Shown: positions 1 through 9,812, numbered from the stretch's first letter. The stretch: 64,000 nt of DNA from an uncultured Clostridia bacterium (GCA_934756675.1 CAKVLG010000001.1:128540-192539); one strand, 5' to 3'. The notes: generated from the letters alone by a model not told the origin. Numbers and translations: made by a program.

Positions 1-91
1 TGTTTTAGTAGCTCAATTAGTTGGAATGCTTACAATGCCTATGCGTGGGCTTGCAGTGGCTATTGATCAAATAGCAAAGAAAAACGCGTAA
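1..91 (+). CDS. rplJ: 50S ribosomal protein L10, C-terminal end (gene starts outside the window)
   Basis: Frame 2 reads VLVAQLVGMLTMPMRGLAVAIDQIAKKNA* and ends at TAA 89..91. It lies directly upstream of rplL, as in the conserved rplJ-rplL operon. Confidence 0.7.
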   Translation, partial: VLVAQLVGMLTMPMRGLAVAIDQIAKKNA

Positions 92-114
92 TAATTTTTT
101 AAGGAGAAAATAAA

Positions 115-492
115 ATGGCAGATATCAAAAAATTTGTTGAAGATGTTAAAGGTTTAACAGTTGTAGAGCTTAACGAACTTGTTAAAGCTCTTGAAGAAGA
201 ATTTGGAGTTAGTGCAGCAGCTATGGCAGTTGCAGCTCCAGCTGGTGGTGCAGCCCCTGCAGCAGCAGAAGAAGAAGAAAAGAGTGAGTACACAGTAGTA
301 CTTAAAGAAGTCGGTGCTAACAAAATCAACGTTATCAAAGTTATTCGTGATATTACAGGTCTTGGACTTTCTGAGTCTAAAGCACTTGCTGATAACGTTC
401 CAAGCACAATTAAAGAAAACGTTGCTACAGATGCAGCTAAAGAAATGGTAGAAAAATTCAAAGCTGCTGGTGCAACTGCTGAATTAAAGTAA
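115..492 (+). CDS. rplL: 50S ribosomal protein L7/L12
   Basis: 125 aa with the typical N-terminal dimerisation helix, an Ala/Glu-rich hinge ([17 protein letters not shown]) and a C-terminal domain ([24 protein letters not shown]). An AGGAG Shine-Dalgarno sequence lies upstream. Confidence 0.97.
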   Translation: MADIKKFVEDVKGLTVVELNELVKALEEEFGVSAAAMAVAAPAGGAAPAAAEEEEKSEYTVVLKEVGANKINVIKVIRDITGLGLSESKALADNVPSTIKENVATDAAKEMVEKFKAAGATAELK

Positions 493-528
493 TAAATAGC
501 GATAAAAAATAAACAGTGTGAAGAAAAA

Positions 529-556
529 AATTCCAACGTAATGTTGGAATTTTTAT
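529..556. terminator. Rho-independent terminator hairpin between rplL and the convergent regulator gene
   Basis: ttccaac-gtaat-gttggaa stem-loop followed by a T-run. A-rich sequence on the other side makes it potentially bidirectional. Confidence 0.6.
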
Positions 557-570
557 TTTGCTAATTTGTT

Positions 571-1203
571 TTATTTTTCTAAATCGACTTCTTTTTGAGC
601 TTTTTTAAGGTTGCGTATACCAAGTATCGAAAAAAGTAATATTAACCCCGCTTGAACTGGCACACAAATTAAAAATACAAGCCAAATATTTTGCACAGTT
701 CTAAGCGTCAGATAAATTGCTAAAGCCAAAGTCCAAAGCAGCCCCGATGCCATAATACACTTCAAGTAATACTTGCCCCAAATGCATGCAAACACAAGCA
801 ATACAATAAATGAAATTGGTAAGGCATAAATAAACGCAAGCTTTGGCCAAACAGCACCCGTGCCAAACAAGTTTGGAAAAACATATAAGCAAACTGCAAG
901 TATCCAAACGATTGTTGTAGATGCAATGGCAATAAGCAATTTTTTATATTTAACAAATATGTCTTTTAATGCTGGTTTGGGTCTTATATTTTTTTTCGGT
1001 GATAATAAATCGTCAACACTAACACCAAACAAATCTGCTAAGCTTTTTAATACAAAAATATCTGGCACAGACTCCCCGCGTTCCCACTTAGAAACTGCCT
1101 TGTCTGAATAATTAATTTTTTCGGCAAGTTCAAGCTGCGTCAAACCAAGTTTTTTACGACATGTAACAATGTTTTCTGCAAGTACATCTTCTAACTTTTT
1201 CAT
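571..1203 (-). CDS. XRE-family helix-turn-helix regulator fused to a multi-pass membrane domain
   Basis: The N-terminus LGLTQLELAEKINYSDKAVSKWERGESVPDIFVLKSLADLFGVSVDDLL is a classic HTH_3 motif. The C-terminal ~130 aa are hydrophobic, with about 4 predicted TM segments. Confidence 0.8.
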   Translation of the reverse strand: MKKLEDVLAENIVTCRKKLGLTQLELAEKINYSDKAVSKWERGESVPDIFVLKSLADLFGVSVDDLLSPKKNIRPKPALKDIFVKYKKLLIAIASTTIVWILAVCLYVFPNLFGTGAVWPKLAFIYALPISFIVLLVFACIWGKYYLKCIMASGLLWTLALAIYLTLRTVQNIWLVFLICVPVQAGLILLFSILGIRNLKKAQKEVDLEK

Positions 1204-1386
1204 AGCATAATTATATCAATAAAAAAATTATTAATCAAGTAAAATTTTGTTCTATTTTTATTGACTCTACTGGCGGTAGAGTGAGCAAAAAAATTCTACA
1301 TCAACTATTTTAACTGTCGAGAAATATTTGTTGCAAAACGCTTTTACACTTGCATATACTATTCCCGTAAGCAAGGAGGAAAAAAC

Positions 1387-2238
1387 ATGAAAATTGCTAT
1401 CAGTGCAGAGTCAACAATCGACATGCCACAAGAATTATTAAATGAATTTGATATACACACTGTTCCATTTACCATTTTACTTGGCGACAAAACGGGGTTA
1501 GATGGAAAAATAACGAGCAGTGAAATTATAGAATATGTAAAAGAAAACAAGGTATTGCCAAAAACAAGTGCAGTTAATGAACATCAATATAACGAGCATT
1601 TTTCAAAATTACTCAGTGATTATGATGCCGTAATTCATTTTTCGCTTTCAAGCGGACTTTCTAGCGCATACGAAAACGCCGTTGCTTCGGCGAAAAACTT
1701 TAAAAACATTTATGTTGTCGATACCCTATCCCTTTCGACAGGTATTGCATTGCTTGCTATTTATGCAAGAAAGCTTGCCCGCAAAAATGTTGCTCCAGAA
1801 CGTATTTTTGAGCTTTGCAATATCAGAAAAAAGGATTTGCAAGTTAGTTTTGTTTTGAAGCGTTTGGACTTTCTATATAAGGGCGGCAGATGCAGCAGCT
1901 TACAATTGCTTGGTGCGAACCTTTTGCAACTTAGACCAGAAATTTTGGTCGAAGACGGCAAAATGCATTCTAGCAAAAAGTTCCGTGGAAACATGGACGT
2001 GTGTGTCACAAAATATTGCGAAGATATTTTACAAAGATTTTCTACACCAGACAAGAGTGAAGTCTTTGTAACATACACAACAGCCACAAAAGAAATGTTA
2101 GACAATGCAACAAAATGTCTTAAAAATGCAGGGTTCGAGAATATTCATTATACAACCGCTGGCGGAACGATTACCAGCCACTGCGGCGAGTTTTGTTTAG
2201 GCATTCTTTACATCAACAGCGAAGAACCAAAGATATAA
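1387..2238 (+). CDS. DegV family fatty-acid-binding protein
   Basis: 283 aa with DegV-like layout and length. It is a paralogue of ORF 17774..18625 (shared blocks LPKTSA, GGR.S.L..LGANLL.. .P). A strong AAGGAGG Shine-Dalgarno sequence is present. Confidence 0.9.
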   Translation: MKIAISAESTIDMPQELLNEFDIHTVPFTILLGDKTGLDGKITSSEIIEYVKENKVLPKTSAVNEHQYNEHFSKLLSDYDAVIHFSLSSGLSSAYENAVASAKNFKNIYVVDTLSLSTGIALLAIYARKLARKNVAPERIFELCNIRKKDLQVSFVLKRLDFLYKGGRCSSLQLLGANLLQLRPEILVEDGKMHSSKKFRGNMDVCVTKYCEDILQRFSTPDKSEVFVTYTTATKEMLDNATKCLKNAGFENIHYTTAGGTITSHCGEFCLGILYINSEEPKI

Positions 2239-2239
2239 T

Positions 2240-2935
2240 ATGAATCTTAAAAACACAAATATTACCTTAATCGGGGACTCTATTTCAAAGGGTCTTTATT
2301 TGCAAAAGCTAAAACCAGTTCCACTCGAACAATCTGCATTAAAAATAATAGAAAATAAATACGATATAAAAATTAATTGTCAATCTTGTTTTGGGCAAAC
2401 ATTGCAGCGTGCATGCGACAAAAAGGTTTTCGAAAACTATTTAAGCTCGATTGATACCAACCAAAACAACTTACTTATTCTTTGGCTTGGTGGCAACGAT
2501 GCTGACTTTAATTGGAAAGAAGTTGCAGCTGCTCCACAAGAAAATCACCAACCAAAAACACCAATACACGAGTTTGAAGAATACTTAAATAACACATTAA
2601 AAATGTTAACAAATGCCAACGTTAAAGTTGTTTTGTTATCACTCCCACCAATCGACAGCGAGCGATATTTTGAAGTTATCAGTCAAATTGCAGACAAAGA
2701 AAAAGTGTTACAATTTTTCAATAATGACATAAGCGTTATCTATCGTTATCAAGAAAGATACAGCAGAGCCATTGTTCAAGCGGCAAAAAATAACAATTGC
2801 TCACTTATTGATATTAGAAACGAATTTTTGCTCAGACGCGACCTTAGATCTTTGCTTGCAAGTGACGGTATTCACCCAAACCAACAAGGGCAACAATTAA
2901 TAGCGTCATTTATAAAAAAGAAAATCGAAGAATAA
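2240..2935 (+). CDS. SGNH/GDSL-family hydrolase (lipase/esterase-like)
   Basis: Block I GDSISKG, block III GGNDA and block V DGIHPN are all readable in the translation. Confidence 0.8.
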   Translation: MNLKNTNITLIGDSISKGLYLQKLKPVPLEQSALKIIENKYDIKINCQSCFGQTLQRACDKKVFENYLSSIDTNQNNLLILWLGGNDADFNWKEVAAAPQENHQPKTPIHEFEEYLNNTLKMLTNANVKVVLLSLPPIDSERYFEVISQIADKEKVLQFFNNDISVIYRYQERYSRAIVQAAKNNNCSLIDIRNEFLLRRDLRSLLASDGIHPNQQGQQLIASFIKKKIEE

Positions 2936-2977
2936 AAAGACCATTACTTGCCAGTAATGGTCTTTTATTTATACTAT

Positions 2978-3412
2978 TTATACTTTGTCGAACTTAAAAC
3001 CAAGATTGCTTGCAACCTTTTCAAACTTAACAATGTTGAATATTCCCCATTGCGTGCAAACGACAACCGTGTTTCCGTCTTTTAATTTAAATGACGAATC
3101 CATAAAATATCGCTTTTTGCTATCTTTTATTTTCTCCGCATTCTCTTTTAATTCAACAACATTAAGCGACCCCTGAATCGATTTATCGAACACACAAGCA
3201 AGCTCAGAATACGTAGGGTTATTTTGCTTAATATATTTTTCAATCACTGCCAAAACAAAACGATTTTTAGGTAAAATCTTGTTATCTACCATATATCTGG
3301 TTTTGTCACGCCCTGTGCCAGTTTCTTCAGTCTTTTTACCATTTTGCAAAACAATATTTTCTAAAAGTTCAATACGTCTTTTTAATTGTTCAATTTCGTT
3401 AACTATATCCAT
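2978..3412 (-). CDS. Hypothetical protein (N-terminal coiled coil plus a ~100-aa alpha/beta domain)
   Basis: 144-aa ORF with no competing ORF. A TTGATT-17-TGaTAAAAT promoter ends 6 nt before the ATG. I could not assign a family. Confidence 0.5.
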   Translation of the reverse strand: MDIVNEIEQLKRRIELLENIVLQNGKKTEETGTGRDKTRYMVDNKILPKNRFVLAVIEKYIKQNNPTYSELACVFDKSIQGSLNVVELKENAEKIKDSKKRYFMDSSFKLKDGNTVVVCTQWGIFNIVKFEKVASNLGFKFDKV

Positions 3413-3467
3413 GACTTAATTTTATCACACCCTCAAATTTTAATCAAGTTTTTATTAACAACTATGC

Positions 3468-3535
3468 AAAAACTAAAAATATTTACAAAAAACTAGAAAA
3501 AACTTATAAAAACTATTTACAACTAGGAAAAACTA
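3468..3535. repeat. Phased A-tract array (AAAAACTA every 10 bp) upstream of the NUDIX gene
   Basis: AAAAACT(A/T) starts at 3468, 3488, 3498, 3508 and 3528, with A5 at 3476 and a degenerate copy at 3518. The period is exactly 10 bp. Confidence 0.7.
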
Positions 3536-3568
3536 TGGTATTATATTCGCAGAAAAGGAGAAAACATT

Positions 3569-3994
3569 ATGGATAAAAAATTAGTTACAACAGTTGCAGG
3601 CATTATTGAAAACCAAAACGGAGAGATTTTGTGCACATTGCGTGACCAAGGTAAATACGATTATGTATCTTTTGTTTGGGAATTTCCTGGCGGTAAAATA
3701 GAAGCTGGCGAAACCAAACATCAAACACTTGCAAGGGAGCTTAGAGAAGAGCTTGATATAACCGTCAATATTGGCGATTTTTATTACCAGGTTGAGCACG
3801 ACTACCCAGATTTTCATTTGTCTATGTCGCTTTACAAATGCAAGTTTAATGGCGACCATATGGCAATGAATGTTCACAAGGCAATTAAATGGGTTGAAAA
3901 GAAAGACTTGCTTAAACTTGATTGGGCAAAAGCCGACTTGCCAGTTGCAGAAAAGCTTTTTACAGAATATACCGCTGCGCAAGAAAATGTATAA
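3569..3994 (+). CDS. NUDIX hydrolase (MutT / 8-oxo-dGTP diphosphatase-like)
   Basis: The Nudix box GGKIEAGETKHQTLARELREELDI (G-x5-E-x7-REUxEExGU) is present. The protein is 141 aa. Confidence 0.85.
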   Translation: MDKKLVTTVAGIIENQNGEILCTLRDQGKYDYVSFVWEFPGGKIEAGETKHQTLARELREELDITVNIGDFYYQVEHDYPDFHLSMSLYKCKFNGDHMAMNVHKAIKWVEKKDLLKLDWAKADLPVAEKLFTEYTAAQENV

Positions 3995-4041
3995 AAAATA
4001 AATTAATAAAAAAGAATTCTTACACAGAATTCTTTTTTTGT

Positions 4042-4851
4042 TTATCCAGCTATGTCTATATTAAATTTATCGTTATTTATATTTCCATAATAAATAATTG
4101 TGTGCCCCAGAAACATGTCGTCATCGTCAAAATATACCGAAATGTCATCGCCCGCTATATCAATGGCAATGCTGCCTTTTGTAATTCTATCAACCACTTT
4201 ACTCTCTGTGATTTTTTGACAATTGTTTTCCCATTCGTTTGCGAGATTTGCAACTTCTTTCGAGCACTTGTGGGCAATATCTATATAAAAAGAAATAATA
4301 TCAGCGTTAATCTTTTTGAAAGTATTAATCGATTTAGACGCATCAATTTCGTTCTCAGGTTCAAGCGATATATAAACTTTTTTATCACTCACATTGTATT
4401 TTGCATCGTACCTTTCAAGCACCTTATCGTAAACAAACATAACACCGTCAACAGCCATTGTTATCGGCTTGTTTAGTTCTTCTATAAGACTATCAAATCT
4501 TTTGTCTTTTGTCTTTTTAATCTTTAACAAATAATAAAAGTCTTTATCTTTCACTTTTTTGCATTTAATTTTATAAGCACAAACATTTTGCGTTTTAATA
4601 ACTTTTAAAGGCTTTTTGTTATTCATGTAATATATAAAACTAATTTTGTTATTAACCACTTGGTTTTTATCGTCAATAAACGCAACACAATTTATTGTTT
4701 CTGAATAATAATCTTCGCCCTTTAATTTTGTTACACCACTCAAATTGTAACCTGTTAGTGCTGTTAACTTTATCGTTTTTTCTTCGCAACTATTTTTCAA
4801 AAAGTCGCTGCAAAAATTTTTAAATTCTTTAGTGCTAGTTTTATCTTCCAT
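4042..4851 (-). CDS. Hypothetical protein
   Basis: Long ORF. I chose the internal start MEDKTSTKEF (ATG 4851) preceded by GGCGGAAAG. I recognised no family. Confidence 0.55.
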   Translation of the reverse strand: MEDKTSTKEFKNFCSDFLKNSCEEKTIKLTALTGYNLSGVTKLKGEDYYSETINCVAFIDDKNQVVNNKISFIYYMNNKKPLKVIKTQNVCAYKIKCKKVKDKDFYYLLKIKKTKDKRFDSLIEELNKPITMAVDGVMFVYDKVLERYDAKYNVSDKKVYISLEPENEIDASKSINTFKKINADIISFYIDIAHKCSKEVANLANEWENNCQKITESKVVDRITKGSIAIDIAGDDISVYFDDDDMFLGHTIIYYGNINNDKFNIDIAG

Positions 4852-4986
4852 ACTTTCCGCCCCTGAATATAGTATAACATATAAATAGCAAAACAACTAA
4901 TAAAAAGTATAAACAGAGAAAAATACAATATCCAAAATTTTTAGCAAAAAGAAAATGCCCCGAATGGAGCATTTTTATTTTGCGTT

Positions 4987-5418
4987 TTATCTTAAAATTA
5001 TTGTTGTGCTTGTTGGACAAATTTCTTCGCCTTCTGCCAAAATAATTTCTTGACCGTGATTGTATTCTTTTACATACAAGCCAATACGAATATTGAATGT
5101 CTTTTCGTTTCCATAGGCAGAAAGGACTGTGTATTTACCTGGTTTAATTTCGTTCTTTTTACCAACAACCATAACTTTTCTTGGTTGCAAAATAACATCT
5201 TTGCGGTCGTATGTAATGTTCATTTCGCCTTCTTTATCAACAATTGTTTTGTCGAGTGAATAACGAACACCTTTTTCAACCTTAACTTCGTCTGCCATGC
5301 GCGTTTTTTCTTCCGCACGAGATTTACGTGCTTTTGCTATATCCCTAGCGGTAACAGCAATAAAGATTATTACCAAAACGGCTGCAACGCCAATTAATAC
5401 ATATTTAAGAATATCCAT
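4987..5418 (-). CDS. Hypothetical single-pass membrane protein
   Basis: N-terminal TM helix (YVLIGVAAVLVIIFIAV), AAGGAG Shine-Dalgarno sequence, 143 aa. Confidence 0.6.
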   Translation of the reverse strand: MDILKYVLIGVAAVLVIIFIAVTARDIAKARKSRAEEKTRMADEVKVEKGVRYSLDKTIVDKEGEMNITYDRKDVILQPRKVMVVGKKNEIKPGKYTVLSAYGNEKTFNIRIGLYVKEYNHGQEIILAEGEEICPTSTTIILR

Positions 5419-5472
5419 AACTTTCTCCTTACAAATTATATTTTATCACACATATGCATTTATTGCAAGTAA

Positions 5473-6030
5473 TTAATGCCCTGCTAATCGTTTTAAACCA
5501 AAATATGGTTTAAGTTTTTTCAGTGACGCTTTTAGTTTTTCAAAATCACCGTCTACCATATCTGTTCTGCCATAGCCACCATCAAACAATGTATCGCCAG
5601 AAAATAAGACATCACCCACTACAAAACAACAACTGCCACTCGTGTGCCCCGGCGTGTGCAAAACAAGCATATCTATTCCGCAAAAATTCTGATTGCCATC
5701 TTGTAGCATTTCGTCTGCATTTGTTTTTGGAAAAGGCTTGTCAAAAAGTTCTTCCATATTATCTTTATTATGCAATTTTTCGGCATCAAGAGAGTGCACA
5801 TAACATTTCGCGCCAAGCTCTTGCAACGCTTTTACCGAATAACAATGGTCATAATGCCCGTGAGTTAACAAAATAACAGCGGGTTTTAAGTTTTTTTCTT
5901 TTAAAAATGTGATTATTTTCTCGGTTTCTTGACCAGGATCGATAATAACAGCATTTTCGCCACATTCCAAAATATAACAATTTTCTTTTATTTGACCAAG
6001 CACTAGTTTATTGATTTTAAATTTGTCCAT
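5473..6030 (-). CDS. MBL-fold metallo-hydrolase (glyoxalase II-like)
   Basis: The H-x-H-x-D-H motif (THGHYDH) is present, followed by downstream HTPGHT and D/H metal ligands. Confidence 0.85.
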   Translation of the reverse strand: MDKFKINKLVLGQIKENCYILECGENAVIIDPGQETEKIITFLKEKNLKPAVILLTHGHYDHCYSVKALQELGAKCYVHSLDAEKLHNKDNMEELFDKPFPKTNADEMLQDGNQNFCGIDMLVLHTPGHTSGSCCFVVGDVLFSGDTLFDGGYGRTDMVDGDFEKLKASLKKLKPYFGLKRLAGH

Positions 6031-6142
6031 AAAAATATGGTAACATATTTTTTTTGTTTAATACAACCAAAACGAAAAGTTTTTTATGTTTTGTTTTGCG
6101 ATATTTTTTATATTTGATATAACTAGTTCAAGGAGAAAATAT

Positions 6143-6715
6143 ATGGAAAAAACAAGAATAATACTAGTTGAGGGTCCACAAGGCGTTGGCAAAACTACAC
6201 TAGTGGAATATTTGCGTGAAAATATTGCCGGGTGCGACTTGTTTAGGCTCAGTGGTATTAAAGACAAAACAAAAACAGGACTAGAAAAGAACAAAAAACG
6301 TTATAACACTCTTATTGATTATATAAGCAATTGCATTGGAAACGGCATTGATATGGTGTTTGACCGCAGTTTTGCCAGCGAGCAAGTATATTCTTCGCTT
6401 GGATTTAAAGATTACGATTTTACGGCTATTTTTGAAGAACTTACAAAAAAGTTTAATGCTCTAGATGCTGACATTTATTACTTCAATCTATATATCGACA
6501 ATCTGGACTTATACAAAAAACGCATAGAACGTGACCACCACCATGGTTACATTGCTTTTAGCAAACAAAATTGCGTAAATCAACAAACAGCATACAAAAA
6601 AGTGTCTGATTATTTAAAAACGTTTTCTAATATCAAAGTTTATGACATTGCAATGGACGATTTTGCAAAAGGATACGAGCAAATAAATAAAATATTAAAT
6701 ATAACTTTAAAATAA
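6143..6715 (+). CDS. P-loop nucleoside/nucleotide kinase-like protein
   Basis: Walker A motif VEGPQGVGKTT near the N-terminus. AAGGAG Shine-Dalgarno sequence at 6130. Size and layout resemble dNK/thymidylate-kinase-fold proteins. Confidence 0.7.
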   Translation: MEKTRIILVEGPQGVGKTTLVEYLRENIAGCDLFRLSGIKDKTKTGLEKNKKRYNTLIDYISNCIGNGIDMVFDRSFASEQVYSSLGFKDYDFTAIFEELTKKFNALDADIYYFNLYIDNLDLYKKRIERDHHHGYIAFSKQNCVNQQTAYKKVSDYLKTFSNIKVYDIAMDDFAKGYEQINKILNITLK

Positions 6716-6735
6716 AAATAAGAGCTACCCCGCTC

Positions 6736-7464
6736 TTATTTTTTTGATTTAAAATATGCTAAAAACTCCGTGTTACCATCGCCGCCAAGAATCGGACTAG
6801 TAGTTAGACCAAGGCAGATAAATCCTTTTTCAAAAAACGCATTTTTTATATCATCTACCACTTTTTTATGCAATTTTTCGTCTTTTATTATGCCATTATA
6901 TTTTTTTGCTAATTGCATGCCAACTTCAAATTGTGGCTTTATGAGTGTAATAATTTCTACATCAGTGCCAGAAAAGTCACATTTTAACTTTTCAAGTATC
7001 ACTTTCAGTGAAATAAACGATACATCAATCACAACTAAATCAATCTTCTGCAAATTTTTTATTTCTAAGTTGCGATAATCTGTTTGTTCAAAGACTGTAA
7101 CCCGCTTATCTTTCCTAATTTTTGCGTCCAAAATGTTTGTTCCCGTGTCTACGCAATACACTTGTTTTGCGCCTCCAGTAAGCACCACGTCAGAGAACCC
7201 ACCAGTAGACGAACCAATATCGAGCACTGTTTTACCACTTGGGTCTACGCCAAATTCACTAAGCGCCTTTTCTAGTTTTAGTCCCCCGCGAGAAACCCAT
7301 TTTAGTGCATTTTTGATTTCTATTTTATCGCTACTAGTAACATCATTGGCAGGTTTTGTTATCACCTTTCCATTAACAAAACAATTGCCGTTTTCAATTT
7401 CCATTTTTGCCCTAGCACGCGAACTAACAAACCCATTTTCTGCTAAATAAATATCTAATCTCAT
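6736..7464 (-). CDS. tlyA: TlyA-family rRNA 2'-O-methyltransferase (hemolysin A-like)
   Basis: An N-terminal S4 domain (RLDIYL...SRARAKMEI..G.V.VNG) is followed by an FtsJ-like SAM-binding motif (VLDIGSSTGGF). The start overlaps the xfp stop (TAATG). Confidence 0.9.
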   Translation of the reverse strand: MRLDIYLAENGFVSSRARAKMEIENGNCFVNGKVITKPANDVTSSDKIEIKNALKWVSRGGLKLEKALSEFGVDPSGKTVLDIGSSTGGFSDVVLTGGAKQVYCVDTGTNILDAKIRKDKRVTVFEQTDYRNLEIKNLQKIDLVVIDVSFISLKVILEKLKCDFSGTDVEIITLIKPQFEVGMQLAKKYNGIIKDEKLHKKVVDDIKNAFFEKGFICLGLTTSPILGGDGNTEFLAYFKSKK

Positions 7465-9812
7465 TATTTGTTATTCCAGTTCCAGTCGGCAATTTCTGGC
7501 ATGTCGACACCATATTTGCGGATATATTCGCTGTTCTCTTTAAGCTTAGATTTGCAAAAACGTGTAACTTCTTCTGTTTTCTCTTTTGGTAAGTCAAGAT
7601 ATTTTATTGCCTTTAACACCAAATTGTATCTGTCTGTTTTGTTGAGTGCACACATATCAAAAGAAGTTGTTATTGTGCCTTCTTCGCTATAGCCAGAAAC
7701 ATGTAAGTTTCGGTTGTGTCTATTGTATACCAATTGATGAATAAGTGTTGGATAGCCGTGGAAGTTGAAGATAATTGGTTTAGACAAAGTGAAAAGTTTG
7801 TTAAACTCGCTATCTGTTAACCCGTGTGGGTGCGATTTGTTAGAAACAAGTTTCATTAAGTCCACGACATTAACAAATCTAACATTTAGTTTTGGTAAAA
7901 GTTTTTTGAGTACGGTTACCGCAGCCAAAGCTTCTACAGTTGCAGTATCCCCGCAAGAAGCAATAACCAAATCTGGGTGCTCGGTATCATTCATACCTGC
8001 CCATTTCCATTCAGAAACACCTTTTGCACAATGTTCCTTAGCTTCGTTCATCGAAAGCCATTGGTAACGCGGGTGCTTAGATGCAACGATTGTGTTTACA
8101 TAATTTTCACTCTTCGCACAATGGTCGTAGCACGAAATCAAGCAGTTTGCATCGGCAGGTAAATATACGCGAACAATGTCCGCCTTTTTGCTAACAATAT
8201 GATCCAAAAATCCTGGGTCTTGATGAGTAAACCCATTGTGATCTTGTTGCCACACATTGCTTGTGAGTATTAAGTTGAGCGAAGATATTGGCGCACGCCA
8301 CTTTATTTCGTTGCAAACCTTAAGCCACTTTGCATGTTGTGCAACCATGCTATCTACAACGCGAATAAATGCTTCGTAGCTGTCAAACATTCCATATCTG
8401 CCAGTGAGCAAGTACCCTTCTAGCATGCCTTCACACAAATGTTCAGATAAAAATGAATCGTGCACTCTGCCAGTGTTTGAGAGTTTGTCATCATTCTTTG
8501 TAATAGGCGCGTCAAAAGCACGATTTTCAACTTCAAACACCTTATATAATCTGTTGCTCAATGCTTCGTCCGGGCTAAAAATCCTATAGTTTTTGTTTTT
8601 ACTATTAAGCACAAACAAGTCGCGAACATAACCGCTTAACTCTAGCATATCCTGAGCTTTTACCGTACCATGACCGCGGAACTTAACCGCATAATTATCA
8701 ATTGGTGGAGTAATAAGTTCTTTTTTAAGCAAGCCGCCATTTGTATAAGGCGAAGCGGTCATGCGTTTGTTGCCCTTTGGCAAAATCTTGGCAATGTCTG
8801 AGTTAAGCTTATAGTTTTCGTCGAACAATTGATCTGGGTTGTAACTTGTAAGCCAATTCTTGAGCAATTTTAAATCGCCTTCGGTATTAATTGTAAGTGG
8901 AACTTGGTGTGCTCTAAATGTTCCTTCTATCTGATTGCCCGCAACAAACTTTGGACATGTCCACCCCTTTGGAGAGCGAAGGATAATCATTGGCCACTTT
9001 ATATTTCTAATTCTACCAGTTTTAATGTGGCGAATATCTTTCATAGCACTGTCCATTGCTTTTGCCATAAACTTGTGCATGATTAGAGGTTCGTCACCTT
9101 CTACAAAATATGGTTTGTAACCATAGCCATCAAACAAGTGCTCAAGCTCGGTATCAGACAGTCTTGAAAGAATTGTTGGATTGCTAATCTTATAGCCATT
9201 TAAATGCAAAACTGGCAAAACCGTTCCATCTGTCTTTGGGTTAATAAATTTGCAACCAAACCAAGATGTTGCAAGTGGCCCAGTTTCCGCTTCGCCATCA
9301 CCAACAACCGTCACTGCAATAAGATTTGGGTTATCGAGAACAGCACCAAAAGCATGTGCAAGCGAATATCCAAGTTCGCCACCTTCGTGAATAGAACCCG
9401 GAGTTTCTGGCACGCAATGTGAACCTATACCACCAGGAAAAGAAAACCTTTTGCAAAGTTCTGTCATACCCTTTTTATCTTGCGACACAAAAGGATAGTA
9501 CTCACTATAAACACCTTCGAGATAGCTGTTGGCAGTTAAAAAGTTACCACCGTGCCCAGGCCCCGAAATAAAAATCATATCTTGGTCATATTTGCAAATA
9601 ACTCTGTCGCAATGCGCATAGATAAAGTTTTGTCCAGGAACTGTTCCCCAGTGTCCAACAAGTTTTTTCTTAATGTCATCAAAACAAAGCTCATGGTCAC
9701 GCATAAGCGGATTGCTTAATAAATATAATTGTGCTGCAGACAAATAGTTTGCCGCATTCCAATACTTATTTAAGGTTTCTAAATATTCGTTTGTAGAATA
9801 ATAATCTCTCAT
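7464..9812 (-). CDS. xfp: Xylulose-5-phosphate/fructose-6-phosphate phosphoketolase
   Basis: About 780 aa with phosphoketolase signature blocks (GHWGT.PG, EGGELGY, GPGHGG, and the TPP-binding GDGE region). The start was set at MRDYYST (ATG 9812), preceded by GGGGGA. Confidence 0.93.
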   Translation of the reverse strand: MRDYYSTNEYLETLNKYWNAANYLSAAQLYLLSNPLMRDHELCFDDIKKKLVGHWGTVPGQNFIYAHCDRVICKYDQDMIFISGPGHGGNFLTANSYLEGVYSEYYPFVSQDKKGMTELCKRFSFPGGIGSHCVPETPGSIHEGGELGYSLAHAFGAVLDNPNLIAVTVVGDGEAETGPLATSWFGCKFINPKTDGTVLPVLHLNGYKISNPTILSRLSDTELEHLFDGYGYKPYFVEGDEPLIMHKFMAKAMDSAMKDIRHIKTGRIRNIKWPMIILRSPKGWTCPKFVAGNQIEGTFRAHQVPLTINTEGDLKLLKNWLTSYNPDQLFDENYKLNSDIAKILPKGNKRMTASPYTNGGLLKKELITPPIDNYAVKFRGHGTVKAQDMLELSGYVRDLFVLNSKNKNYRIFSPDEALSNRLYKVFEVENRAFDAPITKNDDKLSNTGRVHDSFLSEHLCEGMLEGYLLTGRYGMFDSYEAFIRVVDSMVAQHAKWLKVCNEIKWRAPISSLNLILTSNVWQQDHNGFTHQDPGFLDHIVSKKADIVRVYLPADANCLISCYDHCAKSENYVNTIVASKHPRYQWLSMNEAKEHCAKGVSEWKWAGMNDTEHPDLVIASCGDTATVEALAAVTVLKKLLPKLNVRFVNVVDLMKLVSNKSHPHGLTDSEFNKLFTLSKPIIFNFHGYPTLIHQLVYNRHNRNLHVSGYSEEGTITTSFDMCALNKTDRYNLVLKAIKYLDLPKEKTEEVTRFCKSKLKENSEYIRKYGVDMPEIADWNWNNK

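Noticed and set aside
99-536. 145-aa minus-strand ORF fully overlapping rplL
   Set aside because: It is the antisense shadow of a highly conserved ribosomal protein gene. The translation is low-complexity (Ala/Ser/Leu runs) and there is no Shine-Dalgarno sequence or promoter.
3922-4476. 184-aa plus-strand ORF overlapping the end of the NUDIX gene and the 4042..4851 ORF
   Set aside because: The translation is Cys/Ile/Phe/Arg-rich and typical of an out-of-frame read of AT-rich coding DNA. It overlaps two better-supported genes and has no start signals.
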